Shown: piece by piece, positions 7,374 through 16,329 of the stretch | How the letters are laid out: each line of letters starts with the position of its first letter | How positions within the stretch are numbered: the stretch's first letter is position 1 | Assembly (NCBI GenBank): GCA_964518475.1 | Contig: CAZFGR010000019.1 | Location: 1 to 27,094, forward strand | Origin: an uncultured Nitrososphaerota archaeon | Lineage (GTDB): Archaea > Asgardarchaeota > Njordarchaeia > Njordarchaeales > Njordarchaeaceae | DNA length: 27,094 nucleotides | Direction: 5' to 3' | Notes under the pieces: generated by a model | Told to the model about the DNA's origin: nothing | The model's input: the letters and a program-made list of their open reading frames with translations, nothing else | Databases searched by the model: none | Position numbers and translations under genes: made by a program

Positions 7374-8687
7374 ATGGCACGAATTACTGAAGTAACAATA
7401 AAAGATATCGATGAAAAAGGGTTCGGAATTGGGTATTTGGATAATGGAAGAGTAGTTAGAGTTCCTTACGCTCTACCCGGAGAGCGCGTTCTGGTTAAGA
7501 TAATTTCTAGACGAGGCGAAAGTATATTACTAAAAATTATTGAAGAATCAGAAAGACGAATACATCCTCTCTGCCCATACTTCGGTGTCTGTGGAGGATG
7601 CTTTTGGCAACATATAAAATACGAAGAACAGCTCAGAATCAAGCAAGAGATCGTTAGAAAACACTTCAAAAAATACGAGAGTGCGTTGCAAAATATAATA
7701 GGTTCTAAGAAAATATGGAGATATAGAAATAAGATGGAGTTCTCCTTTGGAGAAGGATCCCTAGGTACGATATTAGGACTCAAAGTCAGAGGACGATTTG
7801 ATAAAGTGGTAAATATCGACGCTTGTCTTCTCCAGAAACAAGAAGCTGATCAAGTTTTAAGACGTGTAAAAAAATTCTCGAATGATTCTAAGTTGATCCC
7901 TTATGATCCCAAAAACCACACAGGTTTCCTTAGACACCTAGTTATTCGGACAACATTCTTCACCGATCAACTAATGGTGAACATCATCACGACTTCTAGT
8001 GGAGACCTAGACATAGAAAAATTATGGAATCTTCTGGAAGTAGATTCTCTTATCTGGTCGATTAATGATTCAGTAGCGGACGTAGCGATGGGAGATGTTA
8101 AAAAAGTTTTTGGAAGCCAGTATATTGAGGAGAAACTGCTTGGGTTGAATTTCAAAATTTACCCATACTCGTTTTTCCAAACGAATCCCGTACAAGCCGA
8201 GGTCATGTATAAGTTGGTAAAAAATTTGGCTGGCTCTGGTAATAAAGCACTTGATCTTTATAGCGGAATCGGTGTTATGGCGCTTATTATTGCAGAAAAC
8301 TTCTCGAAAGTCGTTGGGATCGAAGTTGTTCCCGAAGCTATTAAGGCTGGCAATGAAAATGCGAAAATAAACGGGATCAATAATGTAGAATTCCTCGAGG
8401 GGAAAGTGGAGGATCTTCTGCAAAAAATAATTAATGAGAAGGTAGATTTAGTAATAACTGACCCCCCTAGAGCAGGTATGCATAAAAAAGCTCTTCAGGC
8501 GTTAGCGAAGATGAACCCGCCCAAGATAATATATGTTTCATGTAATCCCAGAACTCAGAAGGAAGATATTGAAAAATTGTTGCGTTTCACAAATAATGGT
8601 TATGAAGTAAAATTGGTACAGCCAATAGATATGTTTCCCCATACACCACACATCGAGAACATAGTTTTATTAGAAAGAAAAAAGTAG
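7374..8687 (+). CDS. rlmD: RlmD/RumA-family RNA (uracil-C5)-methyltransferase with TRAM domain and [4Fe-4S] motif
   Basis: TRAM (ALPGERV), CPYFGVCGGC plus a later C, YRNKMEF, SFFQTN, DLYSGIG, DPPRAG, catalytic YVSCNP, DMFPHTPHIE. Whether the substrate is 23S rRNA or tRNA U54 cannot be determined. Confidence 0.9.
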   Translation: MARITEVTIKDIDEKGFGIGYLDNGRVVRVPYALPGERVLVKIISRRGESILLKIIEESERRIHPLCPYFGVCGGCFWQHIKYEEQLRIKQEIVRKHFKKYESALQNIIGSKKIWRYRNKMEFSFGEGSLGTILGLKVRGRFDKVVNIDACLLQKQEADQVLRRVKKFSNDSKLIPYDPKNHTGFLRHLVIRTTFFTDQLMVNIITTSSGDLDIEKLWNLLEVDSLIWSINDSVADVAMGDVKKVFGSQYIEEKLLGLNFKIYPYSFFQTNPVQAEVMYKLVKNLAGSGNKALDLYSGIGVMALIIAENFSKVVGIEVVPEAIKAGNENAKINGINNVEFLEGKVEDLLQKIINEKVDLVITDPPRAGMHKKALQALAKMNPPKIIYVSCNPRTQKEDIEKLLRFTNNGYEVKLVQPIDMFPHTPHIENIVLLERKK

Positions 8688-8702
8688 ACATTCGCCAAGC
8701 TG

Positions 8703-10475
8703 TTAAAAAAGCAAACCGATAATCCCCAATATAATTAGGAGAAACAAGAGATTATACGATAACATCTTGTGAAAAACAAAGCTGGCGACGACTGCTCCTT
8801 TGAGAAGATTATTAACTACTTCATCTCCTAAAACTCTAACGCTATATTCTTTTATCTCGAACCCTAATTTACCCTCCTTTAACCTCTCTACCGCTCTTTT
8901 GCAAGCCTGAGCTACGCATTCCTTAATCTCTTCAGCCTTTTCCTTGCTCAATAAAGGATAGGCACTTTCGGGACCTAATGCGTTGACTATGTGTGTATCC
9001 GTAGTTAAGACCTCTGCATCATCGAAGCCTAGAGAGAGTACATAGTCTCTAATCTCATCTCGGAGGCCTTCTCCAAGATTATTTGCGTCGATAATTATCC
9101 ATGAGTACTTTCTAGAACCCATTTCATAGACTAAACAACTTATACCCAGCGGTCCTAACCCATCCTTAATCCCTATTTTGTCGCAATTTACCCTGTAGAA
9201 GCCATATCTAAATCTGTCGACTTTTTTCCAAGGCAAATTTTCAATATCACGAAGAATATCCACTATTTCTAAGGCTTCGTTATCTCTTATAGTGAGGAGT
9301 TGAGCATTAGTGACGTCTTTTATTGAATTGTGCGCATCTACTAATAATCCATCAAAGTTCCTTATACGTAGGAGTTCTCTGGCGAAAAGTCCTATACCGT
9401 AATCAATGTCATCGAAAGCAGAATTATGCTTCGAAACAATTATCAGAAAGTTGTTTCCTGCTCTTTGTATGAAGAAAGATAGATGCTTCTTATCTATTCT
9501 GATCGGCTCGAAAATATCCTCTCCTAGCCGTATACTGTTAATATCATTCGAGATATCCTCTGCTAGTTCTCTGATATAATCTTTTTTAGGCATATTTTGA
9601 CCGTGAGAACAAGCTCCATGAAGAATTACGGTATCAATTTCGCGGAGCATTCTTATTTGCGAAGCTAAATGATAGGGTAGATTGGAGCTTCCAATATCTA
9701 AGAAAGGTCCTGGATGAACATTTGGCACAATTACAACTAGTGCTTCATCATCTTCTTCGCTCCCTAGTTTCAAGAGCCCTATGGGAATATCCTCTACATG
9801 AGACGTCTTATCAAATAGCTCCTCGATGAAGTCGTACTTATGATCGACCCATGCAAAAACGAATGCTCTAACTAAACTAAGTCCTTCCAAACCAGTTAAT
9901 CTTTCGATAGTTCTTAAGGGCAGTTGTGTAGTTATGTAGATGCTTGCCAAAATCATCAATACTCCAAAAGTAAAGAGCAAGGCTTCTTTACTTGTTAAAT
10001 TCTTTTTACTCATTATAACCAATAGTGATGGCGGGAGAAACGTTAGCACACTTGTTATTATTGCCTTAACTTCTGAAATAATAGATGTGGTTAAGACTAC
10101 TAGAAAAAGAAATGCTATAGGAAAGCCCACTGAGGCTATCAGAAAAGCGAAGGAGAAACCCTTATGAAATCTAGTGATTAATTTGCTCAACATCATAAGT
10201 CCTATTGAAATACTAACCACGAAATCAAATAAGAAAAGTGATCGTCTTATATCCAGTACACTTTCCCTAGTCGTTCTTAATAGGCTCTGGTAAATAATAA
10301 GAGATGCTACAACACATACCGTACAAAGAATTAAGTTAAACATGGTCTGCAAGTGGATTACTATGATATAGGCTGTCAAAACGATGAGGGTTAGGAGGAT
10401 TACTCTTGATAGTTTTGGCAGAGAGAATAATTTCTCATACTCTGTTAGTGCCTCCTGCATTCTAACCTTACTCAT
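8703..10475 (-). CDS. DUF2070 family membrane protein (neutral-ceramidase-like soluble domain)
   Basis: About six N-terminal TM helices, then VHPGPF..IGSSNLP, HGACSH, DAHN, DANN, TTDTH and a C-terminal TM helix. Confidence 0.85.
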   Translation of the reverse strand: MSKVRMQEALTEYEKLFSLPKLSRVILLTLIVLTAYIIVIHLQTMFNLILCTVCVVASLIIYQSLLRTTRESVLDIRRSLFLFDFVVSISIGLMMLSKLITRFHKGFSFAFLIASVGFPIAFLFLVVLTTSIISEVKAIITSVLTFLPPSLLVIMSKKNLTSKEALLFTFGVLMILASIYITTQLPLRTIERLTGLEGLSLVRAFVFAWVDHKYDFIEELFDKTSHVEDIPIGLLKLGSEEDDEALVVIVPNVHPGPFLDIGSSNLPYHLASQIRMLREIDTVILHGACSHGQNMPKKDYIRELAEDISNDINSIRLGEDIFEPIRIDKKHLSFFIQRAGNNFLIIVSKHNSAFDDIDYGIGLFARELLRIRNFDGLLVDAHNSIKDVTNAQLLTIRDNEALEIVDILRDIENLPWKKVDRFRYGFYRVNCDKIGIKDGLGPLGISCLVYEMGSRKYSWIIIDANNLGEGLRDEIRDYVLSLGFDDAEVLTTDTHIVNALGPESAYPLLSKEKAEEIKECVAQACKRAVERLKEGKLGFEIKEYSVRVLGDEVVNNLLKGAVVASFVFHKMLSYNLLFLLIILGIIGLLF

Positions 10476-11665
10476 TTCTTAGAAACCTCCGCTACCTCAC
10501 TGATTATTTCTTGGATAGACATTATTGCCACTTTTATTTCTCCTTTTGAAAAACGAGGTATGTACCAAGCAGCTTTTGCACTATTCGTAGCGATGCCTTT
10601 AATGCCTAAATATTCTATCGGCGACACAACCATACACGTATCCGTGAATATCTTCACATTCTTTCTACGAAGCCTTTCTAGAACACCCTGCTTTCTAAGT
10701 AATTCCTTAACATAGCGAGAAGTAAATATCCAGAAGTGTACATCTTCTTTTATTCTCTTATTTTGCAATCTTTTATCTATTTCAAGAATTTCTTTTACAG
10801 ATGCATGAGGACAACCTATAGCCACTAAATCGATCTTCTCTGGTTTTTGGAAAAGTCTTTCCTTAGCCTCCTTTAGTTCATTCTGATCAATCGTGATACT
10901 TTCCATACTTTGAGACTCTGCCGTAAAATTTCTCTTTCTAACAGCTTCTGGCGTTATATCAGCTACGTGAAAAAGTGCTAAGGATCCACTAGCAGCTAAT
11001 GCGGCGCCCAGAAGTCTTAAATCTGAGAAAAATGGGGGTTTGTGGAAATAAAAAATCGGTACCTCCTCGGCGCGTAATTTTTCTCCAATAACAATACCTA
11101 ATAAGCCATAATGAGCCTCGCTCGAAAGCTCGAATGGGACATCTATTTTTACGGTTGGCACTCGGTTCTCGTCTAAAAGAAGACCGTATTTAGGCACTTT
11201 GCCTAGGATTGCTGCGGATAGTGCCTCTAAATTACCATGCCTATTTGTTCGAGCACCTATAAGAGAATTCACAGTTATCACAGCTGATGACTCTGAAAAG
11301 GCCACTATTTCGCCAAATTTTGGAGTGTTTCCGCAGAAGTACGGGGCACACGTTAAGATAGGCTTAATACCTAGCTTCTCATATGCTTTAACCAACCTAA
11401 TCTGATTTCTAGCGAATTCCTCGGGTATCCCCATCTCTCTCCATAATTCCAGATCCATCCCGGCGGGATTAAGTGTTGCATATGTACGAACCCTTATTCC
11501 TTCCCTTACCATGTCTTCAAGCAATTCTATCATATGCATACCAGCGGTTTTATAGGAAACCCCAGATACATGGACTCTTGAGACTGGTACAAACTCTTCC
11601 GTCTCCCAGATCCTAGCTAAGACGCTTAATAATTGCTCTATTCTCTCCAACCAACTTGTCTTCAA
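10472..11665 (-). CDS. Aconitase X catalytic subunit; probable phosphomevalonate dehydratase large subunit
   Basis: HVSGVSYKT, TLNPAGMD, TCAPY, SESSA, GARTNR, GCPH, DTCMVVSP, TNSAKAA. Three Fe-S cysteines are present. Adjacent to the swivel subunit and UbiX. Confidence 0.9.
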   Translation of the reverse strand: MKTSWLERIEQLLSVLARIWETEEFVPVSRVHVSGVSYKTAGMHMIELLEDMVREGIRVRTYATLNPAGMDLELWREMGIPEEFARNQIRLVKAYEKLGIKPILTCAPYFCGNTPKFGEIVAFSESSAVITVNSLIGARTNRHGNLEALSAAILGKVPKYGLLLDENRVPTVKIDVPFELSSEAHYGLLGIVIGEKLRAEEVPIFYFHKPPFFSDLRLLGAALAASGSLALFHVADITPEAVRKRNFTAESQSMESITIDQNELKEAKERLFQKPEKIDLVAIGCPHASVKEILEIDKRLQNKRIKEDVHFWIFTSRYVKELLRKQGVLERLRRKNVKIFTDTCMVVSPIEYLGIKGIATNSAKAAWYIPRFSKGEIKVAIMSIQEIISEVAEVSKK

Positions 11666-12093
11666 CCTTTAAGCACCCTTATCATAGCTTTCTTGGAGTT
11701 CTCGGGAATAAGCTCTACAATATCGCCTGATGAAACAATATCAAAAATTTCTTCTGGAACACGCGAAATCATGGGAATTCCAGCAAAGATCGCACCCGCC
11801 ACAACTACTGGGTCTACCTCAATAGTAACCAAAGCTAGGGGTGCATTCCCTCTTTTCGCGAGGCCATATATCACACTTGCCCCAACAGTGCTTCCTCGCC
11901 CACCTCGGAAAATGAATACAGTATTTCTTATAGATCGTCCACGAATATCACTGAAAGGATCAACGATTATTCCTGTTTCGATATCCACATCTCCTAGAAA
12001 AGAAATTTTAGAGGATGAAACAATAGCCTTTCCCCTAATAATCCCCGTCCAAGGATTTATTATCTCACCAAAAAGTTCTCTAGACTTAGTCAT
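11662..12093 (-). CDS. Aconitase X swivel-domain subunit (DUF126); probable phosphomevalonate dehydratase small subunit
   Basis: ISFLGDVDIETG, GRGSTVG (catalytic Ser), APLAL, GAIFAGIP. Confidence 0.9.
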   Translation of the reverse strand: MTKSRELFGEIINPWTGIIRGKAIVSSSKISFLGDVDIETGIIVDPFSDIRGRSIRNTVFIFRGGRGSTVGASVIYGLAKRGNAPLALVTIEVDPVVVAGAIFAGIPMISRVPEEIFDIVSSGDIVELIPENSKKAMIRVLKG

Positions 12094-12660
12094 CTATGGC
12101 AGAACCTCCCCACTCCATCTCTTGTATAAGGAATGCTCAATGCCTAGTTGATCAAGGATTTTCCCTACAATGAAATCGACAAGATCCATGATTCTTTCTG
12201 GTTCATGATAGAAACCCGGACAGGCAGGTAGTATCACTACTCCTAGTCTAGCTAGCTTTAACATGTTTTCTAGGTGAATAGCGTTAAGAGGAGTTTCCCT
12301 AGGAACCAATATCAGTTTTCGCCCCTCCTTGATAGCAACATCCGCCGCTCTAGTAATTAAATTATCTGCTATCCCATTAGCTATCATTCCGAGAGTTTTC
12401 ATGGAACAAGGCACTATTACCATTGCATCGAACTTGAAAGAACCACTGGCTATGGGAGCCGTCATATCCGTGTTTAGAAAAACTCGAGTAGCTAAGCTCT
12501 CTATGTAACTTGGATCCTGGTCGGTCTCGATACTAATAATCTTCTTAGCTGTTTCGCTCATTATGAGATACGTCTCCACGTTCTTATTTGCAAGAACCTC
12601 CATTAATCTTATTCCATAAATAACTCCAGAAGCTCCAGTTATTGCCACGATTACTCTCAA
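12094..12660 (-). CDS. ubiX: Flavin prenyltransferase UbiX
   Basis: ITGASG, APIASGS, PCSMKTL, RAADV..KE.R, PRETPL, P.FY. Confidence 0.95.
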   Translation of the reverse strand: MRVIVAITGASGVIYGIRLMEVLANKNVETYLIMSETAKKIISIETDQDPSYIESLATRVFLNTDMTAPIASGSFKFDAMVIVPCSMKTLGMIANGIADNLITRAADVAIKEGRKLILVPRETPLNAIHLENMLKLARLGVVILPACPGFYHEPERIMDLVDFIVGKILDQLGIEHSLYKRWSGEVLP

Positions 12661-12777
12661 TTAAGACCCCTTTTTTAACTGGCCAAACCTTACATACAGC
12701 TAAAAATTCTTTTTATCTCCAAAAATATATGCTTTCTTTTTTAAGGTGCAGGATTTGTAACGATTGGTGCTCTTTTC

Positions 12778-13935
12778 ATGATTATCTATCCCCGAACCGC
12801 AAATAAAACTCCCAGAGCAAAATGCAAGGTATGTGGCGAAGAAAAACCATTAGCTCAAATCCTAGGAATTTGCAAAGAATGCATCATTGAAAGGTTCGAG
12901 GATGCTAAGCCATTCATCATAGAAGCTTTTAGATACACACGCCTAAGATTTGGGTTGCCTACCCAACCCCCGAAGAGCGAAGATGGAATACTTTGTTCTC
13001 TATGTTCTAATGAATGCAGAATTGGTATAGGCGAGATAGGTTTTTGTGGAGTCAGATGGAACGAAGAAGGAGTTCTGAAAAGTCTTTCAACAGCATCAAA
13101 AGCACCTCTGTATGCTTATCTTGACCCTCACATAACTAATTGTTGTGCCGCATGGTTTTGCCCAGCAGCTACTGGCGTAGGGTATCCACGATACGCTGTA
13201 AGAAAAGGACCAGAGTACGGATACTATAATCTAGCGGTCTTTTTCTATGGATGTAATTTCTCCTGTCTCTTTTGTCAGAACTGGGAGCATAAGAAGGTTA
13301 GTGAGGCTAGAGTTCTGTCGGCGGAAGAATTAGCCAACGAAATTCTTCGTAACGAGAAGATTACATGTATTTGTTACTTCGGGGGTAGTCCAGAGCCTCA
13401 TCTCCCTTATACCATTCGAGTAAACAGCATTGTTTTAAGAGAGAAAGATGACAGAAGAGTAGTAAGGATTTGTTATGAATGGAACGGTGCTGGTAATCCG
13501 AAGCTTGTTAGGAAGGTAGGAGAGCAAGTCCTGGTGAGTGGTGGTATTATAAAATTCGATATAAAAGCTCCCAATCCTCAACTTAATTACGCTCTTACGG
13601 GAACAACGAATGAAAGAGTCTTTGATAATTTCAAAATGCTATATGATGAGTTCTGGCACGAAAGACCCGAGATACCCATAATCACTGCAACAACTCTATT
13701 AGTACCAGCGTATATTGGTCCAGAAGAAGTAGAGGAAATCGCAAAGTTCATTGCTGAAATAGACCCTAATATCCCCTACTCATTACTAGTTTTCCACCCA
13801 GATTTCATGATGATGGATCTACCCATAACGCCAAGAAAAGTCGCAGAAGAAGCTCTTAAAAGAGCTCGGAAGTATCTAAAAAATGTGCATTTGGGGAATA
13901 GATTCTTATTATCATATGCACCAGAGGATCTTTAA
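12778..13935 (+). CDS. Radical SAM protein, PFL-activating-enzyme-like (COG1180-type) with Cys-rich N-terminus
   Basis: CNFSCLFC radical-SAM motif, GGSPEP, FDIKA, FHPDF, and N-terminal CxxC...CxxC and CxxCxxxC...C motifs. Confidence 0.85.
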   Translation: MIIYPRTANKTPRAKCKVCGEEKPLAQILGICKECIIERFEDAKPFIIEAFRYTRLRFGLPTQPPKSEDGILCSLCSNECRIGIGEIGFCGVRWNEEGVLKSLSTASKAPLYAYLDPHITNCCAAWFCPAATGVGYPRYAVRKGPEYGYYNLAVFFYGCNFSCLFCQNWEHKKVSEARVLSAEELANEILRNEKITCICYFGGSPEPHLPYTIRVNSIVLREKDDRRVVRICYEWNGAGNPKLVRKVGEQVLVSGGIIKFDIKAPNPQLNYALTGTTNERVFDNFKMLYDEFWHERPEIPIITATTLLVPAYIGPEEVEEIAKFIAEIDPNIPYSLLVFHPDFMMMDLPITPRKVAEEALKRARKYLKNVHLGNRFLLSYAPEDL

Positions 13936-13954
13936 TTAACGCAATAATCTCTGC

Positions 13955-14006
13955 GTGATGAGATTGGCTACCCCTGAAAAATAATGATGAGCGTTTGGGG
14001 GGCTGA
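13955..14006 (+). ncRNA. Box C/D guide sRNA
   Basis: C GTGATGA 13955-61, 12-nt guide gattggctaccc, D' CTGA 13974-77, C' ATGATGA 13984-90, 12-nt guide gcgtttgggggg, D CTGA 14003-06. All four boxes are canonical, spacing is canonical, and the locus is intergenic. Confidence 0.9.
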
Positions 14007-14040
14007 TAATTCCTCATAGGTCGTTCTATGCCAGAATGTA

Positions 14041-14060
14041 AAAGCTTTAAATTTAAATAG
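14041..14060 (+). promoter_or_regulatory. Putative BRE/TATA promoter of alba
   Basis: AAAGC-TTTAAATTTAAATA about 100 bp upstream of the alba ATG. SD GGAGGT lies just before the ATG. Confidence 0.45.
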
Positions 14061-14160
14061 GAAACTAACACACATTCTTTGAGAAAATCATTTCCAAACG
14101 CTCCAAATGTAGCTTCAGCTCCAAAACCTAACAAAAACTCCTAACTGGAGGTAAAGAAGA

Positions 14161-14502
14161 ATGTCCACCGAACAAACTCAGGAAGAAAATGTCCCCGTTA
14201 TTTATATTGGTAAGAAGCCCCTTATCAGGTATGTAATGGCAGCCATGGCTATAATACTCAACGAGGCACCCAAGAAGCTAAAAATCTCTGCACGTGGAAG
14301 AGCCATTAGCAGAGCTGTTGACGTAGCCGAGGTACTAAGAACAAGATACCTACCAGGCATCATTGATGTAGAGAATATCAAAATAGGCACTGACGAAATC
14401 CGCAACCCACAGGATCCCAACAGAATCGACAGAGTAAGCACTATTGAGATAACACTGGTCAAGAAGAGAGACATCGTCCCACCACAAACAGAGTCCAGCT
14501 AA
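14161..14502 (+). CDS. albA: DNA/RNA-binding protein Alba
   Basis: IYIGKKP..RYV, ARGRAISRAVDVAE, IKIGTD, VSTIEITL. Confidence 0.95.
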   Translation: MSTEQTQEENVPVIYIGKKPLIRYVMAAMAIILNEAPKKLKISARGRAISRAVDVAEVLRTRYLPGIIDVENIKIGTDEIRNPQDPNRIDRVSTIEITLVKKRDIVPPQTESS

Positions 14503-14693
14503 AAACTCTAAAAGAAAGCTTTCCTTTGCACGTTCTCGAAAAATTCTTCTTCTCACCTATCTATTTTATTGTTTTAAGAAATAAGGTTTAATTCCCAAGC
14601 TTTCTGTTCTTCTCCTATGTTGATATCTCGACCAAACTCCTGAAAGAGTTAATTAATTTTCTTAAAAACTCTAGAGATAGTTCTTCTCACAAA

Positions 14694-15860
14694 ATGACTA
14701 TCCTTATCAGGCGGTGTGCTTTGCCTCATTATGAAGTTAGGCCACTAGAAATACTGACAATGAAAGAAAAACTCTTCTCCCAGTTCAAAGAAGAGTTGTC
14801 AGATATAGAGATAGAAAGAGCTCTACGTGATCCTCACGCAAAGAGATCACCGAGATGGTGTGGTATCACTGTTCATGTAACAGTGAACTGCCCATTCGCA
14901 TGTTCCTACTGCTATATCGAGAATATGGGGTTCCGCTTCAGCAATCCAAAACCATATCCATTAAGCGGAAAAGAACTAGCCTTTGCTTTATTATCCAATA
15001 AAACATTCTTACCAGGACGAACAGGGTCACTTATAGCTATCGGCTCTGTCTCCGAACCATTTATTTTCCAGAACAAAGCTTTAGAGTATCTAGAATGGTT
15101 AGGTAGGCTAGGAAACCCATTGCAATTCTCGACTAAGCAGTACATATCTCCAAGTCTAGCAGAGAAAATCGCCGAGATATCAGAGAAGTATGGCCTATCG
15201 ATCTCACCATTAATCACCATAGTAACTATAACCAAGGCGGATGTCCTCGAGAAACAAGCTCCTCCTCCAGACAAAAGATTAGATTCCATAAAAAATCTAA
15301 GAGATGCTGGTCTCCGCCCGATACTATTTCTCCGACCCGTAATCCCAGGCATAAACGTAGAAGAAATACCCCTAATTATTAGAGAAGCCAAGAAAGCAGG
15401 CGCCTACGGAGTCGTTGTAGGAGGATTCAGAGTCACAAAAACTATACTAGAGAGATTAGAAAACGCGGGATTAGATACACTAGAAATAAGAAGAAGACTA
15501 AAGAAAATAGACGAAAAACAAAGAGCAGTACCTTTCCCAGAAAAGAAAAGCATCATAGAAAACATTAGGAAACAAGATCTTGTCGCATGGGCATCGACTT
15601 GTTGCGCAAATTCATGGACAGCGGAGGTACCTTGCCCCTCAGCATGCTTTATCGATGGACCCTGCACAAAATGTCCAAACGGGTGCCTATATCCATATCA
15701 CGTACCTTCACTTGAGGAAACTGTAGCAGCATTAGAAAAACTAGGAATCAGAGCCATTGTTAGAGAAGATACCGTCTATCTCCCTAATCGAACCGCACAA
15801 GGAATAGCATTTCTTGTTAGAACCATATCCAGAAGGAGAGTAAAGATCAGGCGAAAATAA
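14694..15860 (+). CDS. Radical SAM protein (SPL-like archaeal family) with C-terminal Cys cluster
   Basis: CPFACSYC, GSVSEPF, QFSTK, FLRPVIPGI. C-terminal TCCAN..PCPSAC..PCTKCPNGC. Start codon is uncertain. Confidence 0.85.
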   Translation: MTILIRRCALPHYEVRPLEILTMKEKLFSQFKEELSDIEIERALRDPHAKRSPRWCGITVHVTVNCPFACSYCYIENMGFRFSNPKPYPLSGKELAFALLSNKTFLPGRTGSLIAIGSVSEPFIFQNKALEYLEWLGRLGNPLQFSTKQYISPSLAEKIAEISEKYGLSISPLITIVTITKADVLEKQAPPPDKRLDSIKNLRDAGLRPILFLRPVIPGINVEEIPLIIREAKKAGAYGVVVGGFRVTKTILERLENAGLDTLEIRRRLKKIDEKQRAVPFPEKKSIIENIRKQDLVAWASTCCANSWTAEVPCPSACFIDGPCTKCPNGCLYPYHVPSLEETVAALEKLGIRAIVREDTVYLPNRTAQGIAFLVRTISRRRVKIRRK

Positions 15861-15863
15861 GCA

Positions 15864-16238
15864 TTAAGCATCACTAATACGCTTAAGCAACTTATAGTAT
15901 TCTTCCTTCAAGACACCTTTCAATTTTTCCTCGAAGAAATCCAAGAAAGCATGTCCATCCTCAAGCACGTATAAGAGATGATCCCGTAGCTCTCTCTTAT
16001 AATCAGCATGTTCTTCAAGATAGTTAATAACATCCTCAGCCGCCTCATCAGGTAGGTCTTCCCCTACGAACTTACCATTCATTAAGATGCTAGACATTAT
16101 GAAATCATCAAAAGAAATAGTGCCTTCCAGAGAATCTCTAATATCAAAATACGCAATAAAGAAACCCCTCATCAGAGTCTCTCCAAACCCCTTATATTGC
16201 TTAGGACGCTTATCAACCAAAACACTAATTTTTATCAT
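15864..16238 (-). CDS. Hypothetical protein
   Basis: 124 aa, host-like composition, fills the gap between convergent genes. No family recognised. Confidence 0.65.
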   Translation of the reverse strand: MIKISVLVDKRPKQYKGFGETLMRGFFIAYFDIRDSLEGTISFDDFIMSSILMNGKFVGEDLPDEAAEDVINYLEEHADYKRELRDHLLYVLEDGHAFLDFFEEKLKGVLKEEYYKLLKRISDA

Positions 16239-16271
16239 CAGAGAGCACCAAAAATTTATGAAAAAGGTTAA

Positions 16272-16321
16272 ATGATGATGGTCAGGAAATCTGACAACAT
16301 GATGAATTATTCCCGCACTGA
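16272..16321 (+). ncRNA. Box C/D guide sRNA
   Basis: C ATGATGA 16272-78, 12-nt guide tggtcaggaaat, D' CTGA 16291-94, C' ATGATGA 16299-305, 12-nt guide attattcccgca, D CTGA 16318-21. It ends 8 bp from the tip49 stop on the opposite strand. Confidence 0.92.
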
Positions 16322-16329
16322 TACGTTTC

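Noticed and set aside
13856-14134. 92-aa minus-strand ORF
   Set aside because: Overlaps the radical SAM 3' end, a canonical C/D sRNA and the alba promoter; composition is not protein-like.
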